A model generated the notes under the pieces. The model saw nothing but the letters and a program-made list of their open reading frames with translations, ran no database searches and had not been told where the DNA came from. From Octopus sinensis (lineage: Eukaryota), in NCBI RefSeq assembly GCF_006345805.1, contig NC_043004.1, forward strand, positions 55,552,001 through 55,616,000: a DNA stretch of 64,000 bases, in the 5' to 3' direction. The position numbers and the translations under genes were made by a program. Shown piece after piece: positions 1 through 12,768 of the stretch (positions within the stretch are counted from its first letter, which is position 1; every line of letters starts with the position of its first letter).

Positions 1-375
1 GTTTCAGTCATTTGACTGCGGCCATGCTGGAGCACCGCCTTTAGTCGAGCAAATTGACCCCGGGGCTTATTCTTTGTAAGCCCAGTACTTATTCTATCGG
101 TCTCTTTTGCCGAACCGCTAAGTGACGGGGACGTAAACACACCAGCATCGGTTGTCAAGCAATGCTAAAGGGACAAACACAGACACACACATATATATAT
201 ATACATATATACGACAGGCTTCTTTCAGTTTCCGTCTACCAAATCCACTCACACGGCATTGGTCGGCCCGCGGCTATAGCAGAAGACACTTGCCCAAGAT
301 GCCACGCAGTGGGACTGAACCCGGAACCATGTGGTTGGTTAGCAAGCTACTTACCACACAGCCACTCCTGCGCCT
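1..375 (-). mobile_element. tRNA-derived SINE family A (bipartite)
   Basis: Head with A/B-box-like motifs (GTGGCTGTGTGG..GGTTCAGTCC), CORE-like CTTGGGCAAGTG, (TA)n(TG)n linker, right arm ending in a (GAGTAAAA)n tail. About 18 near-identical copies in the window. Confidence 0.9.
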
Positions 376-1169
376 GTAATGTTTTCAGAATATACCAGTC
401 AGGGGCAACCTTTTCCGCAGAGTGGACAGCATGAGAAATGGCTCATCAAGTGCTGAACACTACAGGTTATCCATGACTGGAGTATACAGTAATGTTATAT
501 GTAAACAGATAAGGTTTACTATGAAACAATGTAGCATTATCTCAGGTACAAAGGATAAGTACAGCTTCTATAGTGACTGATACACACAGAGAAACAGACA
601 CACACATGCACACTGAAGAACAATAGAAAAGCAGAAATAGTTGACTGACATCACTAATGATCTGCGTGTTATTTGAAAAATCAACCAACCTATTAACCAA
701 CTAAACCCACTACAAATGAAAGCACACAACCATTACAAGATATTTATGAAGGTCATTATTAACCACATGCTATTCATATTTCCAGCTTGCCTGGACTCAT
801 TCATCAGATATTCAACCAATGACCACCTAATCCCTTTGTATATAATGGAATGACACATGGGAAAAGCTATCTTTGTTATGCAAATTTAAAAAAATAAGAA
901 TTGCTAAGGAAATTAAGAATACGATTTACATGTCTTTAAAGTCTTAATGCAAATCTTCAAAAATCAATAACACAACCCATGCTGATGGTATATTTAAAAT
1001 CCATTCCAGAAGTAGACATATATGCTAGAAAAATGCTTAATAATCAACTAGTAAGGTGGATGGGATAAAAAAGGGGGATGGTTACACTCTGTGAAGTGGT
1101 TGGATTTAGGAAGGTCATCAGCTGTTGAAAACCACTTCTAAGCGGAGGAGTGGCTGAAAACCACTTCTA

Positions 1170-1340
1170 GACGCAGGAGTGGCTGTGTGGTAAGTAGCTT
1201 GCTAACCAACCACATGGTTCCGGGTTCAGTCCCACTGCGTGGCATCTTGGGAAAGTGTCTTCTGCTATAGCCCTGGGCCGACCAATGCCTTGTGAGTGGA
1301 TTTGGTAGACGGAAACTGAAAGAAGCCTGTCGTATATATG

Positions 1341-1388
<48 letters not shown>

Positions 1389-1600
1389 TGTGTGTTTGTG
1401 TTTGTCCCCCTAGCATTGCTTGACAACCGATGCTGGTGTGTTTATGTCCCCGTCACTTAGCGGTTCGGCAAAAGAGACCGATAGAATAAGTACTGGGCTT
1501 ACAAAGAATAAGTCCCGGGGTCGATTTGCTCGACTAAAAGCGGTGCTCCAGCATGGCCGCAGCCAAATGACTGAGACAAGTAAAAGAGTAAAAGAGAGTA
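1170..1600 (+). mobile_element. SINE family A, full length
   Basis: Head to (AGAGTAAA)n tail; a short tandem duplication GAAAACCACTTCTA-GCxGGAGTGGCTG at the 5' junction. Confidence 0.9.
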
Positions 1601-2014
1601 GGCAGACATTGAAGCTTGCTGCAGCTTTTTAGCTTGTCAGTGTATGTTGAACTGTTCAATCCATGCCAGCATGAAAAACGAGATTTTAAATGATGATGAT
1701 GAAAGTAATCCATAAAAGAAGGGCCTATTAGTCTCCTACTCCTAAAAATGTGATTCTATGATTTTATATCTCACATATGTACAGACAAGGCTGTATAGTT
1801 AAGGAATTCACATTCCAGACAAGTTGTTCCTGGATTTCATTGTATGGCACCTTAGGCATGTGTCTCATACTTACAGATTCAGGTTTAGCAACACTGTTGC
1901 CATTGATTTAAGGTACACTTTCCCATGCTTGTGTGGAAAATGAAAAAAAACTTCTTGAGGCAAGCCAAATAATCTTTCTGTCATCCATGCTGCCAACAAA
2001 GCACGCGGAGTTCT

Positions 2015-2614
2015 GTTTTTGATTCAATGGTCATTCGGAATGCTCACAGCAGCCATATTCCTACCGCTCTATGTCATGCTGGTGAGACCCATATTGGAGT
2101 ACGGGATTCAAGCCTCTTCTCCTTATTTCCTCAAAGACATACAGCATCTCGAAAGAGTCCAGAAGCTGGCTCCCCGCATAGTTCATGATCTCAAGCATTT
2201 GTCTTATGAAGAAAGGCCGAAGACGCTCGACCTTTATTCTCTAGAAAAACGCCGCCGCCGTTGTGATCTCATTCTTGCTCACAACATCATAAGCGGAAAG
2301 TGTAACCTCTCGAAAAGCTGTTCTTCACTCCTACTCCAGATCATCGGCTGCGGGGTCACTCCGAAAAGCTCTATCTGCGATGATTTCATCTCAATCGAAG
2401 GAGAGGGGCTTTCTTTGTCCGGGTTGTGGATCCGTGGAATAAGCTGCCAGACGAGATAGTGAAGATGCCGACGACCGCTCGGTTCAGTCTCCCTTGACCA
2501 CAAATGGCCTGAACTCTTTACATGAACATCACCCTGTACATAACTCCATGTTCCCCTACATGGCCTTGCTATTTGCATTTTGAGCCAAAAAATTAACTAA
2601 CTAACTTAACTAAC
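2015..2614 (+). mobile_element. CR1-clade LINE, 5'-truncated
   Basis: LYVMLVRPILEYGIQASSPY..DIQHLERVQKLA..LSYEER..LDLYSLEKRRRRCDLI, then (shifted frame) FSVRVVDPWNKLP: the CR1 ORF2 C-terminus. 3' tail is (TAAC)n. Confidence 0.9.
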
Positions 2615-3843
2615 ATGTTGGATTTTCTGTTTTGACACGGGTTTTCAAGTTTTTTTCTCATACACTTCAAAATGATGGAAGGAAGCCATTTATGAAAAAT
2701 AATTTTTGAAAGTCTCCAATCTTTTTTTACTCTACTTCCCAGGAGCCCTCAAGATGGATTTTTCAAATTTTGCACGTTAATTTCACAAGCAGGCTGTTCT
2801 GTTTATCAGACCAACAGGAACTCTTGTCTTCAAAACTGATGGAGTGCCAATAGTACTTAGTAGTATTTCAGTATGTATTTGTAATGCATGAACATCTCTT
2901 CATGACTAGTGTGTCATTATAAATCTTGTTCAAATGTTTGCTCAGTGACAGAATAAGTACCAAACTTAAAAAATGAGTACTGGGGTTTGTTCAACTAAAA
3001 CCCTTCATGGCTGCAGTAAAATGATTGAAACAAGCAAGTAAGAGACACTATTCATGGGCCCAGTGGTTAATCCTGGTGTCTCTAATTCAATCCCAATGCA
3101 TGGCATCTTGGGCAAATGTCATTTGCCATAGCCTCAGATCAACCCAAGCTTTGTAAGTTAAGATAGGTGGAAACTATACAGAAACCCAGCAGATGGATTG
3201 TACTGGTAATTCAAATGTATAGCCTGGTCGCACACTATGTCATGCTGGTTTTACCTGAGAATTAAATCAAGAGGACATATATCTATGGAATACACAACCA
3301 CTTACCCACTAATACAATGAGCAGGTAATTCAGTTGTTTGGACAACTGAATACTCATCTATGACAAGATAGTCATACTTGGAACATTTTTTTTTCTACCA
3401 CAGATCTGCTCAGTCAGTGCTAATCTGGGATTAACTGTTAAGCATTTAACCATTTATCATTTAAACCTTTAGCGTTCAGATTAGTTTATCAAATGCAATG
3501 TTTATTTATCCACATTTGATAAAATTAATCACAATACTTTGAAGCTTCAAAATTTTGAAGATGTGATCGTTTATTTTTAGAACGACATTGTAGGGTAGGT
3601 AGGAGAGGCTGGATCTGGCCAGTTTGAACACAAAGCAGGTAGAATATTGCTGGTTTAAATTCTAAAGGGAGAAATTGGCTGCATCTGGCCATAATATTTT
3701 ACCTATTTTACATTTAAACTGCCCATATCTAGCCTCTCACACCTACCCTTCAATGCCATTCTAAAAATGCCATTCTAAAAATAAACAATTATATCTTTGA
3801 AATCTTGAAGGTACAAGATGACACAAGATTAATTCAAAACAGT

Positions 3844-4330
3844 CGTCATAATCATCATTTAACGTCCGTTTTCCATGCTAGCATGGGTTGGACAGTTTGA
3901 CCAGGGTCTGGGAAGCCAGGGGGCTGCGCTAGGCTCCAGTCTGATCTGGCAGTGTTTATCAGACCAACAGGATGCGCTTCCTACACTTCTGTGAGTGTAG
4001 TGGGTGCTTTTTACATGCCACCGGCACAGGGGCCAGGGGAAGCTGGCAATGGCCACAATCGGTTGGTGCTTTTTATGTGCCACCAGCATGGAAACCAGAC
4101 AAGGCAGCGCTGGCATTGGCCACGTTCGGATGGTGCTTTTACGTACAACCGACACAGGTATTACAACTACAATTTCCATTTGATTTTTATTTTGTTGTTG
4201 ATGTACTTGACTCAATAGGTCTTCTCAAGCACAACAGGTCGCCTTATGATCCAAGGTAAGTACAGCAGGCTGTCCTGTGATCCAAGGTACTTTGGATAGG
4301 CTGGGGCTGGTAATGTGAAGCTGGTGTAGC
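3844..4330 (-). mobile_element. RTE-type LINE 3' end (family C) with (GAT)n tail
   Basis: Same 3'UTR as the longer copy at 23546-24145, including ~60-66 bp internal tandem units. Confidence 0.7.
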
Positions 4331-4558
4331 TGGTGAGGGAAACAGCCATGGTGAATAAATAAGAATTACATCTGACAGAGTAATCTGAATGCTAAAGGAT
4401 TAAGGGATAATCCAATACTGTTTTACAACTCAAATAAAAAAAAAATCCCACTTCAAGGCACCTTGGGCAAGTGTCTTCTACTATAATGGCAGGCTGACCA
4501 AAGCCTTGTGAGTGGATTTGGTAGACGCAAACTGAGAGAAGCCCATTGTATATATATA

Positions 4559-4785
4559 TTTCTTTACTACCCACAAGGGGCTAAACACAGAGGGGACAAA
4601 CAAGGACAGACAAACGGATTAAGTCGATTACATCGACCCCAGTGCGTAACTGGTACTTTATTTATCGACCCCGAAAGGATGAAAGGCAAAGTCGACCTCG
4701 GCGGAATTTGAACTCGGAATGTAACAACAGATGAAATATGGCTACGCACTTCGCACAGCGTGCTAACGTTTCTGCCAGCTCGCCC
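4559..4785 (-). mobile_element. tRNA-derived SINE family B
   Basis: GGCGAGCTGGCAGAAACGTTAG head, GAGTTCAAATTCC B box, GCCTTTCATCCTTTCGGGGTCGATAAA central domain; flanked by TTGTATATATATA on both sides. Confidence 0.85.
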
Positions 4786-4801
4786 GTTGTATATATATAC
4801 A

Positions 4802-4965
4802 GCGCAGGAGTGGCTGTGTTGTAAGTAGCTTGCTTACCAACCACATGGTTCCAGGTTCAGTCCCTATGCGTGGCATCTTGGGCAAGTGTCTTCTGCTATA
4901 GCCCCGTGCCGACCAATGCCTTGTGAGTGGATTTGGTAGACGGAAACTGAAAGAAGCCTGTCGTA

Positions 4966-5009
<44 letters not shown>

Positions 5010-5220
5010 GTGTGTGTTGTGTGTCTGTGTTTGTCACCCTAGCATTGCTTGACAACCGATGCTGATGTGTTTACGTCCTCGTCACTTAGCGGTTCGGCAA
5101 AAGAGACCGATAGAATAAGTACTGGGCTTACAAAGAATAAGTCCCGGGGTCGATTTGCTCGACTAAAGGCAGTGCTACAGCATGGCCGCAGTCAAATGAC
5201 TGAAACAAGTAAAAGAGAGT
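4802..5220 (+). mobile_element. SINE family A, full length
   Basis: Matches family A along its whole length. Confidence 0.9.
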
Positions 5221-5997
5221 ACATCTAGGTGCGTCTTTATGCTTGTCCTCCCCACCAAAATTGCTTGACAACTGGTGTTGGTGTGTTTACATCCCCATAA
5301 CTTAGCAGTTTAGCAAAAGGAGTCCAATAGAATAAGTACGAGGTTTTAAAAAAATAAGTCCTAGGGTTGATTTATTTGGCTAAAACCCTTAGAGGCAGTG
5401 CTCCAGTATGGCCACATTCAGATGACTGAAACAAGTGAAAGAATAAAAGAACATACAACAGAAAAAATTGTTTAACTATGTCATGTAACGTTTCAAGGAT
5501 TTCTTGGATGAAAACACAGAAATACTGATTCCAGTTACACACACACACAATGAATATAGTTTTGTTTAAACGAGTATCAGAGAGCAGGTTTAGTTTTCTC
5601 TAGTACAGACAGAACTTGTCACAATAACTGGTAATTCTGAAATGATAACAATAACAACCTCTTCCAGTATGGAAAATGAATGTTGAAGGATGATGATGAT
5701 GATTTATTTAAATAACTACAGGACATGGACAGAGGCTACTGAACAATCAGAATAATTCAAAATGTAAACAATGTAAGTTCTAGCAAATTAGAGGAAGTGG
5801 TGAGAGTAAGACAGGTTGTGGTAAGCTATTCGATGTTGGTATGAGATGGGAGTTCAAACACTGGTGGAAGAATAACTACTGAACCTTAATACCGACGGGA
5901 GCAGATTGCACCTGGAATCATTTGATTGGGAAAGCAAGCTTCTTAATAACACAACCTGCCTGCAGTTTTTGCTTCATTTGGATTTGAGCAGCTTCTT

Positions 5998-6237
5998 AAG
6001 AGTTCTCTCTTTTACTTGTTTCAGTCATTTGACTGCGGCCATGCTGGAGCACCACCTTTAATCGAGCAACTCGACCCGGGACTTATGCTTTGTAAGCCCA
6101 GTACTTATTCTATCGGCCTCTTTTGCCGAACCGCTAAGTGACGGGGACATAAACACACCAGCATCGGTTGTCAAGCAATACTAGGGGGACAAACACAGAC
6201 ACACAAACGCACATATATATATATATGACGGGCTTCT
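5998..6237 (-). mobile_element. SINE family A, right arm plus linker only
   Basis: Tail through linker present; breaks off at GACGGGCTTC. Confidence 0.85.
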
Positions 6238-6689
6238 CACAATGCTTCAAGTGAATCAAAGCAAAAATTACAGAGTGGGAGCACTAAGCAGTGATGTGTG
6301 TAAATGCAATGTTATTACCAGTTTAAATATGCTTGGGGCATGTTTGAACTTGTAAACTTGACAACTGATGTTGGTGTGTTTACGTCCCTGTAACTTAGCA
6401 GTTCAGCAAAAGAGACTGACAGAATAGGTACTAAGCTTACAAAGAATAAGTCCTGGGGTTGATTTCTTTAACTAAAAAAACCCTTTAAGTTGGTGCCCCA
6501 GCATGGTCGTAGTCAAATGACTGAAACACATAAAAGAATACAGTTCTTTTGTAATAACATCCTTAACCCTTCTGATACTAACCTGTCCAAGATCATCTCA
6601 GGTTCTCTGATACAAACTTTCCGCTTAAATTAGTTTATGTTCCATTCACTAGCTTTTTAGGCTTTTAATGTGTTGATCCTGAAGGAAAG

Positions 6690-6905
6690 AATATTTCCCA
6701 TGACCTTTGCAGGCCCTCTGAAACCAGTGAGGCTGATGTCATTAATGTTCTGTTTAAAATATTGCAGGTCAATACCAGCAGGAAAGTTATGAGGAGAAAG
6801 AAGATTCCAGCACAAGGGGCCTAGTATTCTAGGAAGAAAGGTCCTGGGTATAATGTTTAGTTTGAGGCAGCGGAGGGAAGATTTTAAACATACCAAGGGT
6901 GACAA
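6690..6905 (-). mobile_element. Degenerate L2/CR1-like LINE C-terminal fragment
   Basis: RTFLPRILGPLCWNLLSPHNFPAGIDLQYFKQNIN resembles the FF.R....WNxLP..FP....LQ.FK..VN ORF2 end. Confidence 0.5.
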
Positions 6906-7053
6906 AAGTTGGCAAGACCAATGAGTTGGAGATATGTAAGGGGTGACACTTTATAATATACAGTATTATTACAAAATAGAAGATGAGTATAATATAGGTT
7001 TACCTTTACGTGTTTTTAATTTCTACTGTTTTATGTAAAATATAGCTAAGCAG

Positions 7054-7371
7054 CGTGGAGGCACAATGGCCCAGTGGTTAGGGCAATGGACTCGCGGTCG
7101 GAGGATCGCGGTTTCGATTCCCAGACCGGGCATTGTGTGTGTTTATTGAGTGAAAACACCTAGCGCTCCACAAGGCTCTGGCAGGGGGTGGTGGCAACCC
7201 CTGTTGTACTCTTTCGCCCCCGACATTCTCTCACTCTTTCTTCCTGTTTCTTGAGTAATGCTGCAATGGACTGGTGTCCCATCCAGCTGGGGTGGGGGGA
7301 GCACATATGCCACAGAAACCAGGAAACCAGGCCCATGAGCCTGGCTAGGCTTGAAAAGGGTGCATAAATAA
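7054..7371 (+). mobile_element. tRNA(Arg)-like SINE family D
   Basis: Head TGGCCCAGTGGTTAGGGC..GACTCGCGG..GTTTCGATTCC; 12-bp TSD ATAGCTAAGCAG (7042-7053 and 7372-7383). Confidence 0.85.
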
Positions 7372-7622
7372 ATAGCTAAGCAGTAAAGCTTTAGGATACT
7401 ACATAACACTAAAAATAAACAGGCAACATGTTAAATTGCATTTATTAGTATGACTGCAATGATTAGGTAATCAAAAAAAAATCATGCAAAACTTTCTTAA
7501 TATCTAAATAGTTACTGAGGCTAAATTAACGCTCCAATGATCCTGAACAAACAAACTATATAACCAGTCTGGTTATATAGTTAAGCAGGTAGAAACATGA
7601 CATACTAACCTCTATACATTAA

Positions 7623-7839
7623 CCCTTTCGTTTACTATATTTATTTTGAGATGGTCTGTGTTTCTTTCAATTACTTTAAATATAACAAACAATTTAGTAA
7701 AATAACTTAGTAATCACTAAGCTAGTGTTACGAACATAAATTGTGACTAAGATTGGAAGATTTTAATTCAAACTTATGAAAACAAGACATTTGTACTAAT
7801 GAGCCAGAGTCGGTTTCAGCCGGGTTGGTAACGAAAGGG
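7623..7839. mobile_element. piggyBac-like MITE
   Basis: TTAA on both sides (7619-7622, 7840-7843); TIRs CCCTTTCGTT / AACGAAAGGG. Confidence 0.85.
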
Positions 7840-7887
7840 TTAATATTCCCTGGGGTTGAGAATCATTGCATGACAAAATTCATAGCG

Positions 7888-8235
7888 TTAGTTAGTTAGT
7901 TAGTTAATTTTTTGGCTCAAAAAGCAAAAAGCAAGGCCATGTAGGGGGACATGGAGTTATGTACAGGGAGGGTGTTCATGTAAAGAGTTCAGGCCATTTG
8001 TGGTCAAGGGAGACTTTGAACCAAGCGGTCGTCGGCATCTTCACTATCTCGTCCGGCAGCTTATTCCACGGATCCGCAACCCGGACGGAGAAAGCCCCTC
8101 TCCTTCGATTGAGATAAAATCGTCGCAGATAGAGCTTTTCAGAATGACCCGCAGCCGATGATCTGGAGCAGGTGTGAAGAACAGCTCTTTCGAGAGGTTA
8201 CACTTTCCGCTTATGATGTTGTGAGCGAGAATGAG
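7888..8235 (-). mobile_element. CR1-clade LINE 3' fragment
   Basis: Reverse-complement copy of 2270-2614, including the (TAAC)n tail. Confidence 0.9.
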
Positions 8236-8479
8236 TGTTATCAAGTCAAACAGTCACATGTTTCTCTCACTTTTATTTTCTTCCAATTATTATTATTAGG
8301 GTGGTGAGCTGGTGGCATCATTACCAAGCCAAGCAAAATGCTTAAAGGCATTTCATCCGTCTTTTTGCTCAGAGTTCAAATCCTGCTGACGTTGACTTTG
8401 TCATTCAACTTTTCAGGGTTGATAAATTAAGTACCAGTTGAGCACTTACCCCTTCCCTTGAACTTGCTGGCCTTGTGGC

Positions 8480-8603
8480 TCCAGGTTCAGTCCCATTGCA
8501 TGGCACCTTGGGCAAGTGTCTTATACTATAGCCTCGGGTCAACCAAAGCCTTGTGAGTGGATTTGGTAGACAGAAACTGAAAGAAGCCTGTCGTATGTGT
8601 GTG

Positions 8604-8656
<53 letters not shown>

Positions 8657-8767
8657 CATCATCATCATCATCATCCTCATTTAACGTCCGCTTTCCATGC
8701 TAGCATGGGTTGGACGGTTCAACTGGAGTCTGGGGAGCCCGAAGGCTGCACCAGGCCAGTCATATAC

Positions 8768-8827
<60 letters not shown>

Positions 8828-9045
8828 ATATATTTGTGTGTCTGTGTTTGTCCCCCCACCCCCCAACGTCGCTTGACTACCAATGCTGGTGTGTTTACAT
8901 CCCTGTAACTTAGTGGTTTGGCAAAAGAGACCGAAAGAATAAGTACTAGGCTTACAAAGAATAAGTCCTGGGGGTCGATGTGCTCGACTAAAGGCGGTGC
9001 TCCAGCATGGCCACAGTCAAATGACTGAAACAAGTAAAAGAGTAA
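8480..9045 (+). mobile_element. SINE family A (head-truncated) with an RTE-tail fragment inserted in its linker
   Basis: A family C piece at 8656-8760 interrupts the (TG)n/(TA)n linker. Confidence 0.8.
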
Positions 9046-9435
9046 ATTATAAAAAGAGAGAGTATTATCTACTATAATAATACTCTTTTGGTTTTCTCCA
9101 TCACAACATGTGAATGAGAAAGGAAAGGGTGATGGCAAACTGGTCGTGGGAACATTTCAACTCTTTGTATGTAAAAGGGAGGAGGTATGTGTGTGTGTGT
9201 GTGTGCGTGTGTGTGCAATGGAAGTTGGATGGTGAACATTCAACAGTGAAAAACAAATCAAACAGTGTTTCAACTCTGTGTGAGTATATGTATGTGTGTG
9301 CATATACAAGGAAAGTATGTGAATGTATGCGCGAACCAGTTGTTCTTTCAGTAACAAACGATGAGTGATGTCACATCTCAAAAGACAACCACCAGATAAC
9401 ATTGACAAGTGTATTAATTTGATTTACCATCCATA

Positions 9436-9823
9436 TCTTTATATATAAAAGTGAGGTTGTGTGCTGTCTGTCTCCTACGATTTAGATTCCTAACTACTCC
9501 CACATTTTGCAGTGCAGTTTAACCAAACTTATAGTTGTGATTCATATCGAGCCCTTCTGGGTATTAGCGCGCGTCTACGATGAGTCTACGATTTAAAAAA
9601 AAATTTACCATCAATTTTTCCCATTTTTAATGCATTTTTGGCATATATAAGGGAAGTAACTCTCTAAAAATGTATTATTAAATCTCAGAACGTAAAAAGC
9701 TACAGTAACACCCCCCACTTTGAGGTTAGCCATATTGAGATGGCTATTATACTTTACATCTCTAAAAATGCTTATATAGTTATTTCCCTTACAAACTCGA
9801 GCAATGCCGGGCGATACTGCTAG
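9436..9823 (+). mobile_element. Non-autonomous Helitron family 1
   Basis: A|TC 5' end (TCTTTATATATAAAAG), subterminal hairpin CGAGCAATGCCGG, 3' CTAG|T, no TSD. Confidence 0.9.
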
Positions 9824-10332
9824 TTTATATATAAAATACTACAATTAGCTGTCATTTTTGGCAGCACAGGGCCAGCTAGTTAATTACTAATTATTATTAT
9901 TATTATTATTACTAAGGTGGCGAGCTTGCAGACCAATTAGCATGCTGAGCTAAATGCTTAGCGATAATTAACCCATTGCTACATTCTGAGTTCAAATTCT
10001 GCTGAGGTCAACTTTGCTTTATATCCTTTCGGGGTTGATAAATTAAGTACTAGTTGAAAACTGGGGTCAATATAATCAACACACCCCATCCCCAAAATGG
10101 CAAAATTTGAAACAATTATCATTACTGAGGATGACCACTTGGCAGAATCCTTCGAGCATTGAATGAATATCAAACAGTATTTAGTGTGGCCACCCCAAAC
10201 CTTTTTTTTTTTCTTTAGATGAAATCCAGCCAAGGCCAACTCGACCTTTCATCATTTCAGGGTTGATGAAATGATTTCAATCAAGTACTGGTGATGATAT
10301 TATCAACTAACCCTCTCTGCTCAAAATCCTGG

Positions 10333-10733
10333 TCTTTTACTTGTTTCAGTCATTTGACTGCGGCCATGCTGGAGCACCGCCTTTTTAATCGAGCAAATCG
10401 ACCCCGGGACTTATTCTTTTGTAAGCCCAGTACTTATTCTATCGGTATCTTTTGCCGAACCGCTAAGTAACGGGGACATAAACACACCAGCATCGGTTGT
10501 CAAGCAATGCTAGGGGGACAAACACAGACACACAAACACGCGCACACACACACACACATATATATATATATGCATATATACGACGGGCTTCTTTCAGTTT
10601 CCGTCTACCAAATCCACTCACAAGGCTTTGGTCGGCCCGAGGCTATAGTAGAAGACACTTGCCCAAGGTACCACGCAGTGGGACTGAACCCGGAACCATG
10701 TGGTTGGTAAACAAGCTACTTACCACACAGCCA
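10333..10733 (-). mobile_element. SINE family A
   Basis: Full match to family A. Confidence 0.9.
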
Positions 10734-11762
10734 CACCTTAGAAATTATTACTGTTTTTGAGGCAGTAAGTGACTGAATCATTACTGCACTGGACTAAAAT
10801 ACTTAGCAGCATTTCTTTTGGCTTTAAGTTCAGAGTTCAATAGTTACTGAGGTTGACTTTGCCTTTCATCCTTTTGGGGTCAATAAAATAAGTAACAGTT
10901 TAGCACAGGTGTTGATGTAATCAACTAGCCCCTGTCCACAAAATTTCAGGCCTTGTGCCTTTAGTAGAAAGGATTATGGCTAGATGATAGTAGATTTCCA
11001 GAATTGTTAGAGTGTTGAACAAAATGCTTTTGGAGTATTTACTTGTGTTACTCTATATTCTGAGTTCAAATTCCAGAAGTCAAATTTACCTTTTGTCCAT
11101 TAGAAGTTAAAAAAAGTACCAGTCTTGTATTAGTTTCCTCCCTCTAAAATTTCTAAGTGTGTGCCTAAATAAAAAAAAAAAGCATGTAAAAAGCACCCAC
11201 TACACTCTCAGAGTGGTTGGCATAAATTTTGCCAGCCCTCAGTCAAACCATCTATGTCAGCATGGAAAGCAGACATTAAACAATGATGATGATGTTAACT
11301 GGTGGAAGAGGACAGCAGAAATGGTAGATTACAGTATGTACTTTTGTCCTTATACAAGCTGGGTTCAAAATTTACTGTGGTTAGTACTTCATATTTCCAG
11401 GCTTGATAAGACATATACCAAGAACACTCTGGTGTAAAATTCGGTTGCCTATATGCCTACCCTACAGAAATTTAAACAAGTGACACATTGCAAACAATGC
11501 AAGTAAGACAATATTTTGTCAAATGCAACAATTTCACAACCATGACAACTGTGGCTTTAATAACTATTACCAGTCACACAGCTTTCAACAAGTTACATAA
11601 TGTGTTTCAGTTTTACACAACAACATATTACCACAGTTGTTGCAGTAATTACAAGCAACATATCTAAGTACAGGGCTTCTTTTGTCAGCTGGCTTCAAAT
11701 ATTAAGCATATTAAAATTTAGATTTCCCTGTAAAATATAATGCTTATTATTTATATATATGT

Positions 11763-12098
11763 GAAGGCGCATGGCTCAGTGGTTAGAGCGTTGAGCTTAC
11801 GATCGTGAGGTTGTGAGCTCGAATCCCGGACCGGGCTGCGTGTTGTGTTCTTGAGCAAGGCACTTTATTTCACGTTGCTCCAGTTCACTCAGCTGTAGAA
11901 ATGAGTTGCAATGTCACTGGTGCCAAGCTGTATCGACCTTTGTCTTTCCCTTGGATAACACTGGTGGCGTGGAGAGGGGAGGCTATTATGCATGGGTGAC
12001 TGCTGGTCTTCCATAAACAACCTCGCCCGGACCTGTGTCTAGGAGGGTAACTTTCTAGGTGCAATCCCATGGTCTGTGTCGTGACCGAAGGGGGTCTC
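11763..12098 (+). mobile_element. tRNA-derived SINE family E (CORE-like)
   Basis: Head TGGCTCAGTGGTTAGAGC..CTCGAATCCC, CORE-like TGTGTTCTTGAGCAAGGCACTTTA; related partial copies at ~12274-12420 and ~53697-53770. Confidence 0.75.
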
Positions 12099-12537
12099 TG
12101 AATTATTTATTCACATATTTTTTTCAATCAATCATGCATTATCTTGCAGCTTTGAGATTTCAATGATGCGACTGTTTATTTTTAGAATGACATTGTAAGG
12201 TTGGTGAAAGAGGTTGCTGGACCTCATCAGTCCAAACATAAAAACAGGTAGAATATTTCGGCCGGTTTAAATGAGTGTGGAGGCACATGACTTAGTGATT
12301 AGGGTGTTGGACTCATGATCGTACGATTGTGGTTTTGATTCTGGGACCAGACAACGTGTTGTGTTCTTGAGCAAAACACTTCATTTCATGTTGCTCCAGT
12401 CCACTCAGCTGACAAAAAAATACTGTCCGATTGGGGAATATATATGCGATGAAACTGGGAAACCAGCCCTTATGAATTGGTAAGACTTGCAAAGGTAACT
12501 TTAATTTTCAAATGAATAATCAGCTCACGGTATATCA

Positions 12538-12768
12538 AGGCGGTGAGCTGGCAGAAACGTTAGCATGCCGGGCGAAATGCTTAGAGGTATTTCGTCTGCC
12601 GTTACGTTCTGAGTTCAAATTCCGCCGAGGTCGACTTTGCCTTTCATCCTTTCGGGGTCGATAAATTAAGTGCCAGTTACGCACTGGGGTCGATGTAATC
12701 GACTTAATCTGTGTGTCTGTCCTTGTTTGTCCTCTGTGTTTAGCCCCTTGTGGGTAGTAAAGAAATAG
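12538..12768 (+). mobile_element. SINE family B, full length
   Basis: 9-bp TSD GGTATATCA. Confidence 0.9.

Noticed and set aside
152-434. Recurrent ORFs such as MSSNAKGTNTDT...RQASFSFRLPNPLTRHWSARG and MTTDAGVFMSP...
   Set aside because: Chance frames through SINE family A, repeated in every copy; no protein-family signature.
7054-7135. Functional tRNA genes at SINE heads (families A, B, D, E)
   Set aside because: No complete acceptor stem or terminator; each continues into a SINE body, often with TSDs.
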